Of a stretch of 24,059 bases of DNA, positions 1-10,700 are shown in pieces; within the stretch, counting starts at the first letter, position 1, and each line of letters opens with the position of its first letter. A program made the translations under genes and the position numbers. This DNA is from Macrostomum lignano (Eukaryota): positions 1-24,059 of the forward strand of contig NIVC01002356.1 of NCBI GenBank assembly GCA_002269645.1, given 5' to 3'. A model generated the notes under the pieces. That model was not told the DNA's origin and did no database searches. It was given only the letters and a program-made list of their open reading frames with translations.

Positions 1-76
1 TCGAATCTTAGTAGTGCAAAAAGATTTTTTATTCAAAAACCTTTAAAAACACAAATGCTAAACACAAAAAAGCACA
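1..76 (+). repeat. Partial copy of the satellite spacer (super-repeat unit of about 1993 bp)
   Basis: Bases 1-76 (tcgaatcttagtagtgc...agcacaa) match 1994-2068 apart from homopolymer-length differences, and both run into the same ordered monomer series. Confidence 0.95.
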
Positions 77-1510
77 ATGTCAAACATTAAAGAGCCACCA
101 TGTCAAACATTAAAGAGCCACCATGTCGAACATTAAAGAGCCATCATGTCGACCATTAAAGAGCCACCATGTCTAACATTAAAGAGCCACCATGTAAAAC
201 ATAAAAAGCCACCATGTCAAACATAAAAGAGCCACCATGTCAAACATATATGTGAATCCAGGTCAAACAGCTAAAGAGCCACCATGTCAAACATAAAAGA
301 GCCACCATGTCGAACATAAAAGAACCACCATGTCCAACATAAAGAGCCACCATGTCAAACATTAAAGAGCTCAATGTCAAACATTAAAGAGCCACCATGT
401 CGAATATTAAAGAGCCACCATGTCTAACATTATAGAGCCACCATGTCGAACATTAAAGAGCCACTATGTCTAACATTAAAGAGCTACCATGTCGAATATT
501 AAAGAGCCACCATGTCTAACATTAAAGAGCCACCATGTCGAACATTAAAGAGCCACTATGTCTAACATTAAAGAGCCACCATGTCGAATATTAAAGAGCC
601 ACCATGTCTAACATTAAAGAGCCACCATGTCGAACATTAAAGAGCCACCATGTCAAACATAAAAGAGCCACCATGTCAAACATATATGTGAATCCAGGTC
701 AAACAGTAAAAGAGCCACCATGTCAAACATAAAAGAGCCACCATGTCGAACATAAAAGAACCACCATGTCCAACATAAAAGAGCCACCATGTCAAAACAT
801 TAAAGAGCCTCAATGTCAAAATTAAAGAGCCACCATGTCGAATATTAAAGAGCCACCATGTCTAACATTATAGAGCCACCATGTCGAACATTAAAGAGCC
901 ACTATGTCTAACATTAAAGAGCCACCATGTCGAATATTAAAGAGCCACCATGTCTTACATTAAAGAGCCACCATGTCGAACATTAAAGAGCCACTATGTC
1001 TAACATTAAAGAGCCACCATGTCAAACATAAAAGAGCCACCATGTCAAACATAAAAGAGCCACCATGTCAAACATATATGTGAATCCAGGTCAAACATTA
1101 AAGAGCCTCAATGTCAAACATTAAAGAGCCACCATGTCGAATATTAAAGAGCTTTCATGTCGAATATTAAAGAGCCACCATGTCTAACATTAAAGAGCCA
1201 CCATGTCGAACATTAAAGAGCCACTATGTCTAACATTAAAGAGCCACCATGTCGAATATTAAAGAGCCACCATGTCTAACATTAAAGAGCCACCATGTAA
1301 AACATAAAAAAGCCACCATGTCAAACATAAAAGAGCCACCATGTCAAACATATATGTGAATCCAGGTCAAACAGTAAAGAGCCACCATGTCAAACATATA
1401 AGAGCCACCATGTCGAACATAAAAGAACCACCATGTCCAACATAAAAGAGCCACCATGTCAAACATTAAAGAGCCTCAATGTCAAACATTAAAGAGCCAC
1501 CATGTCGAAT
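77..1510 (+). repeat. 23-bp satellite array, block 1 (about 62 monomers)
   Basis: Consensus cattaaagagccaccatgtc(a/g/t)aa with period 23. Marker variant monomer (gtgaatcc) at 252, 688, 1080 and 1356. Confidence 0.97.
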
Positions 1511-2068
1511 GCGATAGATTTCAGAAAAAATGGCTCAACCGATTTTCTTCAAACTTGCACCATTCGATCAGAAATTTTCCTGGGACGGTACATGCATCTT
1601 GGCTAAGAAATTGCTCAATATTAAAGGGATCAAATATTCGAAAAACATGCTTTTTTGCAAAGGTCAAGCAGCTCTTTCGACCTGAAATGCATTGTAAGAA
1701 TGCTAGAGAAAAAACTGACTGACTGAATTCCAATTGTGATAAAGATTACATCACAACCAGTTGAAAACAGTGCCGAACAAATGCACACAAAACTTGATTT
1801 AAGTTGCGTAACAATATTGCTAACTTAAATTGACACTGATACTGGCTGACTGAGAAATTGATTATGTCATAACTTTTTACTCTAACCGATTTGCTATAAG
1901 AATTTAATTATAAGGGCCACAATTCACGTATTCCAATTGACAAGAGATAGCATAGATGCGAACAGACTGGACTGCTAATGCAGCGACCTGGGTTCGAATC
2001 TTAGTAGTGCAAAAAGATTTTTTTATTCAAAAACCTTAAAAACACAAATGCTAAACACAAAAAAGCAC
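1511..2068 (+). mobile_element. Unique spacer resembling the core of a non-autonomous Helentron-associated (HINE/DINE-1-like) element
   Basis: aaatggctcaaccgattttcttcaaactt (1528-1556) resembles, from memory, the conserved core motif of invertebrate HINE-type elements, which typically carry internal tandem arrays. Recognition is by motif only. Confidence 0.45.
1941..2011 (+). pseudogene. tRNA-derived (SINE-head-like) Pol III cassette with GCT anticodon loop
   Basis: A-box-like tagcatagatg at 1948; anticodon arm ctgga-ctGCTaa-tgcag at 1967-1983; T arm ctggg-ttcgaat-cttag at 1988-2004 (B box ggttcgaatc). Spacing matches tRNA numbering from 1941. The acceptor stem does not pair. T7 run at 2018-2024. 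Confidence 0.65.
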
Positions 2069-5000
2069 AATGTCAAACATTAAAGAGCCACCATGTCAAA
2101 CATTAAAGAGCCACCATGTCGAACATTAAAGAGCCATCATGTCGACCATTAAAGAGCCACCATGTCTAACATTAAAGAGCCACCATGTAAAACATAAAAA
2201 AGCCACCATGTCAAACATAAAAGAGCCACCATGTCAAACATATATGTGAATCCAGGTCAAACAGTAAAGAGCCACCATGTCAAACATAAAAGAGCCACCA
2301 TGTCGAACATAAAAGAACCACCATGTCCAACATAAAAGAGCCACCATGTCAAACATTAAAGAGCCTCAATGTCAAACATTAAAGAGCCACCATGTCGAAT
2401 ATTAAAGAGCCACCATGTCTAACATTATAGAGCCACCATGTCGAACATTAAAGAGCCACTATGTCTAACATTAAAGAGCTACCATGTCGAATATTAAAGA
2501 GCCACCATGTCTAACATTAAAGAGCCACCATGTCGAACATTAAAGAGCCACTATGTCTAACATTAAAGAGCCACCATGTCGAATATTAAAGAGCCACCAT
2601 GTCTAACATTAAAGAGCCACCATGTAAAACATAAAAAAGCCACCATGTCAAACATAAAAGAGCCACCATGTCAAACATATATGTGAATCCAGGTCAAACA
2701 GTAAAGAGCCACCATGTCAAACATAAAAGAGCCACCATGTCGAACATAAAAGAACCACCATGTCCAACATAAAAGAGCCACCATGTCAAACATTAAAGAG
2801 CCTCAATGTCAAACATTAAAGAGCCACCATGTCGAATATTAAAGAGCCACCATGTCTAACATTATAGAGCCACCATGTCGAACATTAAAGAGCCACTATG
2901 TCTAACATTAAAGAGCTACCATGTCGAATATTAAAGAGCCACCATGTCTAACATTAAAGAGCCACCATGTCGAACATTAAAGAGCCACTATGTCTAACAT
3001 TAAAGAGCCACCATGTCGAATATTAAAGAGCCACCATGTCTAACATTAAAGAGCCACCATGTAAAACATAAAAAAGCCACCATGTCAAACATAAAAGAGC
3101 CACCATGTCAAACATATATGTGAATCCAGGTCAAACAGTAAAGAGCCACCATGTCAAACATAAAAGAGCCACCATGTCGAACATAAAAGAACCACCATGT
3201 CCAACATAAAAGAGCCACCATGTCAAACATTAAAGAGCCTCAATGTCAAACATTAAAGAGCCACCATGTCGAATATTAAAGAGCCACCATGTCTAACATT
3301 ATAGAGCCACCATGTCGAACATTAAAGAGCCACTATGTCTAACATTAAAGAGCCACCATGTCGAATATTAAAGAGCCACCATGTCTAACATTAAAGAGCC
3401 ACCATGTCGAACATTAAAGAGCCACTATGTCTAACATTAAAGAGCCACCATGTCAAACATAAAAGAGCCACCATGTCAAACATAAAAGAGCCACCATGTC
3501 AAACATATATGTGAATCCAGGTCAAACATTAAAGAGCCTCAATGTCAAACATTAAAGAGCCACCATGTCGAATATTAAAGAGCTACCATGTCGAATATTA
3601 AAGAGCCACCATGTCTAACATTAAAGAGCCACCATGTCGAACATTAAAGAGCCACTATGTCTAACATTAAAGAGCCACCATGTCGAATATTAAAGAGCCA
3701 CCATGTCTAACATTAAAGAGCCACCATGTAAAACATAAAAAAGCCACCATGTCAAACATAAAAGAGCCACCATGTCAAACATATATGTGAATCCAGGTCA
3801 AACAGTAAAGAGCCACCATGTCAAACATAAAAGAGCCACCATGTCGAACATAAAAGAACCACCATGTCCAACATAAAAGAGCCACCATGTCAAACATTAA
3901 AGAGCCTCAATGTCAAACATTAAAGAGCCACCATGTCGAATATTAAAGAGCCACCATGTCTAACATTATAGAGCCACCATGTCGAACATTAAAGAGCCAC
4001 TATGTCTAACATTAAAGAGCCACCATGTCAAACATAAAAGAGCCACCATGTCAAACATAAAAGAGCCACCATGTCAAACATATATGTGAATCCAGGTCAA
4101 ACATTAAAGAGCCTCAATGTCAAACATTAAAGAGCCACCATGTCGAATATTAAAGAGCTACCATGTCGAATATTAAAGAGCCACCATGTCTAACATTAAA
4201 GAGCCACCATGTCGAACATTAAAGAGCCACTATGTCTAACATTAAAGAGCCACCATGTCGAATATTAAAGAGCCACCATGTCTAACATTAAAGAGCCACC
4301 ATGTAAAACATAAAAAAGCCACCATGTCAAACATAAAAGAGCCACCATGTCAAACATATATGTGAATCCAGGTCAAACAGTAAAGAGCCACCATGTCAAA
4401 CATAAAAGAGCCACCATGTCGAACATAAAAGAACCACCATGTCCAACATAAAAGAGCCACCATGTCAAACATTAAAGAGCCTCAATGTCAAACATTAAAG
4501 AGCCACCATGTCGAATATTAAAGAGCCACCATGTCTAACATTATAGAGCCACCATGTCGAACATTAAAGAGCCACTATGTCTAACATTATAGAGCCACCA
4601 TGTCGAATATTAAAGAGCCACCATGTCTAACATTAAAGAGCCACCATGTCGAATATTAAAGAGCCACCATGTCTAACATTAAAGAGCCACCATGTCTAAC
4701 ATTAAGGAGCCACCATGTCTAACATTAAAAAGCCACCATGTCGAACATTAAAGAGCCACCATGTCGAACATAAAAGAGCCACCACGTCAAACATTTAAGA
4801 GCCACCATGTCTAACATTAAAGTGCTACCATGTCGAAAATTAAAAAGCCATCATGTCTAACATAAAAGAGCTACCATGAAGAACATTAAAGAGCCACCTC
4901 GTAAAACATTAAAGAGCCACCTTGTCAAACATAAAAGAGCCACCATGTCAAACATATATGTGACTCCATGTCAAACAGTAAAGAGCCACCATGTCAAGCA

Positions 5001-5420
5001 TAAAAGAGCCACCATGTCGAACATAAAAGAGCCCTCATGTCAAACATTAAAGAGCCACCATGTCAAGCATAAAAGAGCCACCATGTAGAACATAAAAGAA
5101 CCACCATGTCCAACATAAAAGAGCCACCATGTCAAACATTAAAGAGCCGCAATGTCAAACATTAAAGAGCCATCATGTCTAACATTAAACAGCCACCATG
5201 TCGAACATTAAAGAGCCACCATGTCGAACATAAAAGAGCCACCGTGTCTAACATTAAAGAGCCACCATGTCTAACATTAAAGAGCCACCATGTCTAACAT
5301 TAAAGAGCCACCATGTCTAACATTAAAGAGCCACCATGTCGAACATTAAAGAGCCACCATGTCGAACATAAAAGAGCCACCATGTCAAACATTTAGGAGC
5401 CACCATGTCAAACATAAAAT
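2069..5420 (+). repeat. 23-bp satellite array, block 2 (about 145 monomers, degenerating distally)
   Basis: Same monomer as block 1. Marker monomer at 2246, 2683, 3120, 3511, 3787, 4086, 4362 and 4960. Monomers are more diverged after about 4700. Confidence 0.97.
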
Positions 5421-5524
5421 TTACACAATTTCAAACGTAAAAGTAAGCGTCATGCCAATTTTAAAGGAGCCACTATAGAGCTAAGGAAATTGTAGCACTA
5501 GCTACCGGGTACTTATTGTATGGT

Positions 5525-5635
5525 GGATGCTTACTATTTGGGGATGCTTGCTATCTGGGGGATGCTTGCTATCTGGGGGATGCTTGCAATCTGGGGGATG
5601 CTTGCTATTTGGGGGATGCTTGCTGTCTTGGGATG
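5525..5635 (+). repeat. 18-bp minisatellite (ggggatgcttgctatctg), about 6 copies
   Basis: Directly visible tandem units. They explain the spurious GDACYL and GGCLLS ORFs. Confidence 0.9.
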
Positions 5636-5744
5636 ATTTCTTTTTGCATTACACTTTATTTGAGCAGTTTGTCTGTCGTCTTTGTGAAGGCTTTTTTGGC
5701 TATCTTTTTGTTACTTGTAGAGAACAGAGATTCTATCCAGATGT

Positions 5745-5771
5745 CCCCCAACGGGGGCGAAGATTGCTAGT
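5745..5771 (+). mobile_element. Helitron-like 3' terminus
   Basis: ccccc-aac-ggggg hairpin (5745-5757) followed 9 nt later by CTAG (5767-5770) and T, the canonical hairpin plus CTRR|T end. The 5' end was not identified. Confidence 0.5.
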
Positions 5772-5861
5772 ACAAACAACTAAAGCATGAAGCGGCTATC
5801 GTTCGTAGAGATGAGAGCGTTAAAGCGATGAGAGATGCCTGATCCCAAGGTATCAGCAACT

Positions 5862-6636
5862 CCAATCCCGATCCCAGATTCCAGGTTTCAGATCCTATTC
5901 CAGATTACAGATCCTAGATTACAGATCCCAAATCCCAAATCCCAGATCCCAGACTCTAGATTCCAGATCATAGCATCCCAAATCCCAGATTCCAGACTCT
6001 AGATCCTAGATCATAGCATCCCAAATCCCAGATCCCAGACTCTAGATTCCAGATCATAGCATTCCAGATCCCAGATCCCAGACTCTAGATCCTAGATCAT
6101 AGCATCCCAAATCCCAGATCCCAGATTCCAGATTACAGATCCCAAATCCCAAATCCCAGATCCCAGACTCTAGATTCCAGATCATAGCATCCCAAATCCC
6201 AGATTCCAGACTCTAGATCCTAGATCATAGCATCCCAAATCCCAGATCCCAGACTCTAGATTCCAGATCCCAGATCCCAGACTCTAGATCCTAGATCATA
6301 GCATCCCAAATCCCAGATCCCAGATTCCAGATTACAGATCCCAGATCCCAGATCCCAGATCCCAGATCCCAGATCCCAGATCCCAGATCCCAGATCCAAG
6401 ATTCCAGATCCCAGACTCTAGATTTCAGATCATAGCATTCCAGATTCCAGATCCCAGACTCTACATCCTAGATCATAGCATCCCAAATCCCAGATCCAAG
6501 ATCCCAGATCAAAGATCCCAGATCCTAGATCCCAGATCCTAGATCCCAGATCAAAGATCCCAGATCCTAGATCTTAGAATTTCAGATCCCATATCCTAGT
6601 TCTTACTATTTCAAATCCCAAGTCCCAGATCCCAGA
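5862..6636 (+). repeat. 7-bp microsatellite (cccagat)n with recurring variant blocks
   Basis: Tandem cccagat/tccagat/ctagat units with recurring cccagactctaga...tcatagcat blocks. Confidence 0.95.
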
Positions 6637-6772
6637 TGACAACCAATAGAAAGCAAGCGGTTGTACACGATGGTACGAGTTGCATTACGGTATATTACGA
6701 GCTAAAATCATTCGAACGAAATAATCAGGCCAGTTGAGCAGCGGTTCTGCAGTCAGTCGGTGAGTCATTCAG

Positions 6773-7189
6773 TCAGTTGTCAGTGCTGGATCTTCTGGGC
6801 GTGGAGAATTTGAGACGAAAGGAGAGTTTTTTATCCTTGCAGCTGAGAATCTGCTTCCAAGCCTCCCTGAGATCCTCGCGCTCGGAGTCCGCTCCCAGGT
6901 GGATGACCCCAACGGTCTTCTGGAAGTAGTGCTGCACGCTGCCGACGCTGCCTCGCCGAAGATTCGCCATGCGGGCCGTGGGCTCCTGCTTGAGCAGCAG
7001 CTTCAGGCTGGCGCTCTCCAGACTGCTGGACTGCAGGCTGATGCGCATCTTGTGGTTGAACACCGGATTGTAGGAGTTCGTCACCGCGGCCGTGCGGTCC
7101 GACAGCACGACGTTGTGGCCGCGCAGCAGCATCAGCTTCATGTACAGGCAGGGGGTGGTGGCCGATACCGGGATGGCCGCGTTGTTCAC
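6773..7189 (-). CDS. Tandem-C2 synaptotagmin-like protein, last exon (most of C2B)
   Basis: Acceptor ccgcag|GTG at 7189. VNNAA...LYMKLMLL...NSYNPVFNHKM...VGVIHLGADSEREDLREAWKQIL aligns with synaptotagmin C2B ([39 protein letters not shown]). Stop at 6773-6775. Confidence 0.85.
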   Translation of the reverse strand: MNNAAIPVSATTPCLYMKLMLLRGHNVVLSDRTAAVTNSYNPVFNHKMRISLQSSSLESASLKLLLKQEPTARMANLRRGSVGSVQHYFQKTVGVIHLGADSEREDLREAWKQILSCKDKKLSFRLKFSTPRRSSTDN

Positions 7190-7273
7190 CTGCGGTCAGT
7201 TGATGAGAAATGCTTGTTTGGGATGCGGGACTGATGACTGTCTGTCCATTAAGGTTTGCAACTCATGAGCTGC

Positions 7274-7338
7274 CTCAGGGGAGGGGAGGACAGAAGCTCA
7301 GAGGAGGGGAGGACAGGAACCCAGAGGAGGGAGGACAG
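7274..7338 (+). repeat. Left remnant (about 3 units) of the 23-bp GA-rich minisatellite
   Basis: Same unit as 12016-13380, split by the LTR element. Confidence 0.9.
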
Positions 7339-7513
7339 TGTAATGACTCAGACTAGCTATTTAGTTTGGCGAGAGAAACGATGCACTTAAATGAGCCGAC
7401 TGCTCAATTCAATATATTTATAGGCCCGAGAGCATTGCGTAATAAGAGTATTGCTACGAGTTAGTTCATCGACCAAGCCAAGTACATTATTACCGCGCAG
7501 AGCGTACACTACA
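7339..7513 (-). repeat. 3' LTR (175 bp)
   Basis: Identical to 11841-12015 by base-to-base reading. Imperfect terminal inverted repeat tgtaatg/cactaca. Confidence 0.97.
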
Positions 7514-7527
7514 TCTCTCCTCATTTT
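7514..7527 (-). other. Polypurine tract
   Basis: Minus strand aaaatgaggagaga abuts the 3' LTR. Confidence 0.85.
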
Positions 7528-7763
7528 GGATTAAAAGTTTTACTGCAAAAGGTTTTTAAAAAATGAAAATTACCACAAATACGAGTAAAATCTGGCAAAG
7601 AAGAAACATTAATAGAGAAAATGTTACTGGTTGTACATGTAATGCCTTAGCTGGAGAATGAACAATTTTCTATCCGCAATCTCAAGACGCAAAAGCAAAA
7701 TCAAACAAGATATTAGCGTCAGTCTGCCAAGCGCGAGTTATAGTTAAACCCTATAGTTCACTT

Positions 7764-10700
7764 TCACCTTGGCCTCTCGGGGTGTGGTCGCAGCGCAATT
7801 GGAGGGGTCGCGGGTTCGCTCCCCGCAGCTTGCAGGATCGGCGGTGCGGTCTCCCCGACAGGAAAATCGGGCTCTGCATCTGGCGCTACCCGCTTCAGGT
7901 CAGTGCAGTGCCGCCTGCAAACTCTGGCGCCCTGCCGAATGGTCATCGAGTCGCCCTTGACACTCTCGACCAGCCAGGGTGTCCACTCGAACGGAGTCTC
8001 GCCCTTGAGCGGATTTAGTCGGCGCCGGAGCACCGTGTCGCCGACTTTGAGCCCATGCGGTCTCGCCTGCCGTCGCTTGTCCGTGTAGCGCTTGCCCTTT
8101 GCCTTGCTGCTGGCGTCCTGCTGTCGGAGCCTCCTGTCTGCGATGGCCACCGGTCTCGACGGCCTGATTGACGGGATGGCGTCGTTTGGGACGCGACCCA
8201 AGAGCAGCTCGGCTGGTGCCCGGTTGGTGGTTCGCTGCGGCGTGCAACGGTAGGCCAGCAGCCACTCGTCAAGGGCCGCCCTCCAGTCGCGCTTCTGGGC
8301 AATGGCAGCTCGTACAACCTTATTGATGGAGCGGTTCAGGCGCTCAGTGATGCCGTTGGCCTGCGGATGCAGCGGTGTGATGAGACGCTGCCGGATTCCG
8401 TAGCTGTCCAGAAAGCCTTTGAACTGGGCCGAGGAGAATGGCGGGCCGTTATCGGTGACCAGTACCTGTGGGATGCCGAATCTGGCGAACGAATTCCTCA
8501 GCTTGGGAATCAGCGCTTCGGCCGTTGTGGTCTGGACGATCTCGACTTCAGGGAAGCGCGAGTAGTGGTCAACGCAGACGAGCAGCATGCTGCCTTGAAT
8601 GGGGCCTAGCAGGTCTGCCCCTAGTGTTAGCCATGCAGCTTTCGGGATCGGCGTCGGCTTCAGCGGCGCGGCGGTCACGTCGGCCGCGTGCGACGTAGCT
8701 GCACAGGCTCGGCAGGCACGCACGAAGAGCTCTGCTTCTGTCTGCATCCTCGGCCACCAGACTTTGGTGCTCAAACGGTCAACCGTCTTGCGCAGGCACT
8801 GATGACCGCGGTGTGCCAGGTCCAAAACCAGGCGCCGAAGCGCCATTGGAACTACGATTCTCTGGCCCCGCAGGAGCACGCCGTCTGCTGCCGATAGCTC
8901 ATTCCGTAGGGCGTGGAGCGATCGCGTCTCCGCCGACTCGAGGCTCCATCGTCCTGTCTCCAGCGATCGAATAGCGGCTTGAATTGTTGCATCTTGCAGC
9001 GAACTCTCTTGCACTGAGGACAGCGACAGCGCGTTCGGTATGGCCGCCTGGACGATTGCAGCGATGCAGAGGGTGTCGAGCTCTTCGCCGACATTTCTTC
9101 CTCGTGTTGGCAGCGGCTGCCGGCTCAGCACGTCCGCTGGGTTTAGTGGGCCAGGCTGGTATTCGACTGTAAATTTCATGTGCTGAATGCGCAGCGCCAT
9201 TCTTTCGATCCTCGGGGGAGGCCTTGAGCCACTGCTGAACAATGCGATGAGCGGCTTGTGGTCTGTCACCACCGTAAATGTCGGAGCGCCGTGCAGATAG
9301 TACTGAAATTTCAAGCAGCCGTATTTGACGGCCAGCGCCTCCTTCTCAGTCTGGGAGTAGCGCTGCTCAACATCGGACAGCGTCCGGCTGGCGTACGCGA
9401 CAGGCCGGTTGGTGCCGTCCGCTTGCGTCTGCGTTAGGATCGCGCCCAGGCCCGCTGGGCCGGCGTCGACGATGAGTTGCGTCGCTAGGCGGTGGTTGAA
9501 GAAGGCGAGGGTGCCGCTGGTCGCAATCCGGGTCTTCACGTCGTCAAAAGCTCGTTTCTCGAGGTCGGTCCATGCCCAGGGCTCGCCTTTCCTAGTCAGA
9601 TTGCGCAGTGGCCTCGCTACATCCGCCAGCCCGGGGGTGAATGAGGCCAGATAGTTGACCAGGCCTAAGAACGAGCGCACCTCTGTGGCGGTCTTTGGCT
9701 CGGCAAATGCATGGATGGCTTCCAACTTGGACTGGGTTGGTCTGACACCTTCACTGGACAGCTGCATCCCCATGAACGTGACCTCGGTACGGGCGAGCTT
9801 GCATTTTAACGGATTCAGCGTCAGCCCGTGCTGCGCCAGTCGTCGCAGACATGCCTGCAGGTTGCTGTGGTGCTCCGCCACGCTGTGCCCATACACGATG
9901 ATGTCGTCGTGAATCCATTTTACTTTCGGGAGTCCAGCTAGCACGGATGACATGACCGCCTGGAGAATTTCCTGGGCCGTAGACAGTCCCATACAGAGCC
10001 GTGTCAGCCGCCGCAGGCCTCGTGGTGTCGAAAAAGTCAGAAGATGGCGGCATTCGTCGGCGACTGGGATTTGATAAAATGCCTTCGCGATGTCGAGCTC
10101 TGAGAATAGCTGCGCTCCTGCCATGTCTCCCGTCACCTCCTCGAATGTCGGGATGGGATGCCGCTCTCTGATGACCGACTTGTTCAGGTCTCTCAAGTCC
10201 TGCGTAATCCTGATCTCGCCTGGAGTCTGCTTGGGCACGACGACGATGCGGGCTACCCACGGACAGGGGCCTTCCACCGGCTCGATGATGCCTTGGTCCT
10301 CGAGGCACTGCAGCTCGGCGTCGACTGCCTGTGCGAGATGTATTGGCACCCTTGATGGGGGATGACAGATCGGCTTGGCTCCCTCCTCCAGGAAGATGCG
10401 GGCGGCATAGTTTTTGAGCCTGCCGATTCCGCTGAAGACTTGTGCGTTCTCCGTTAGGAGTTCGTGCAGGGCCGGTGCCCCCGGCGCATGTAGGACGTCC
10501 TTTGGGATCCCTGTTAGCATGCTGTCTAGCGAGACCTCGGGAGACGGACGCAGCTGGCATGCCACCTTGTTCTCCGGGCCGACTCGCAGAATCTGAAGTC
10601 TTTCAGCGCTTCTCCGGCCAATGATGCAAGCGCCCTCACCGTCGAGCACCAAGAACGGTAGTGTCTCGTGGATCTCGAACACGCTGACTTGCAGGTCTGC

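Noticed and set aside
1941-2011. Functional tRNA-Ser(GCT) gene
   Set aside because: Acceptor and D stems do not pair and the long variable arm is missing. Kept only as a tRNA-derived cassette.
77-5420. CRISPR array or repeat-protein gene in the 23-bp repeats (ORFs 1456-1722, 4876-5088)
   Set aside because: Monomers are contiguous with no unique spacers, there are no cas genes, the context is eukaryotic, and the ORFs are chance read-throughs.
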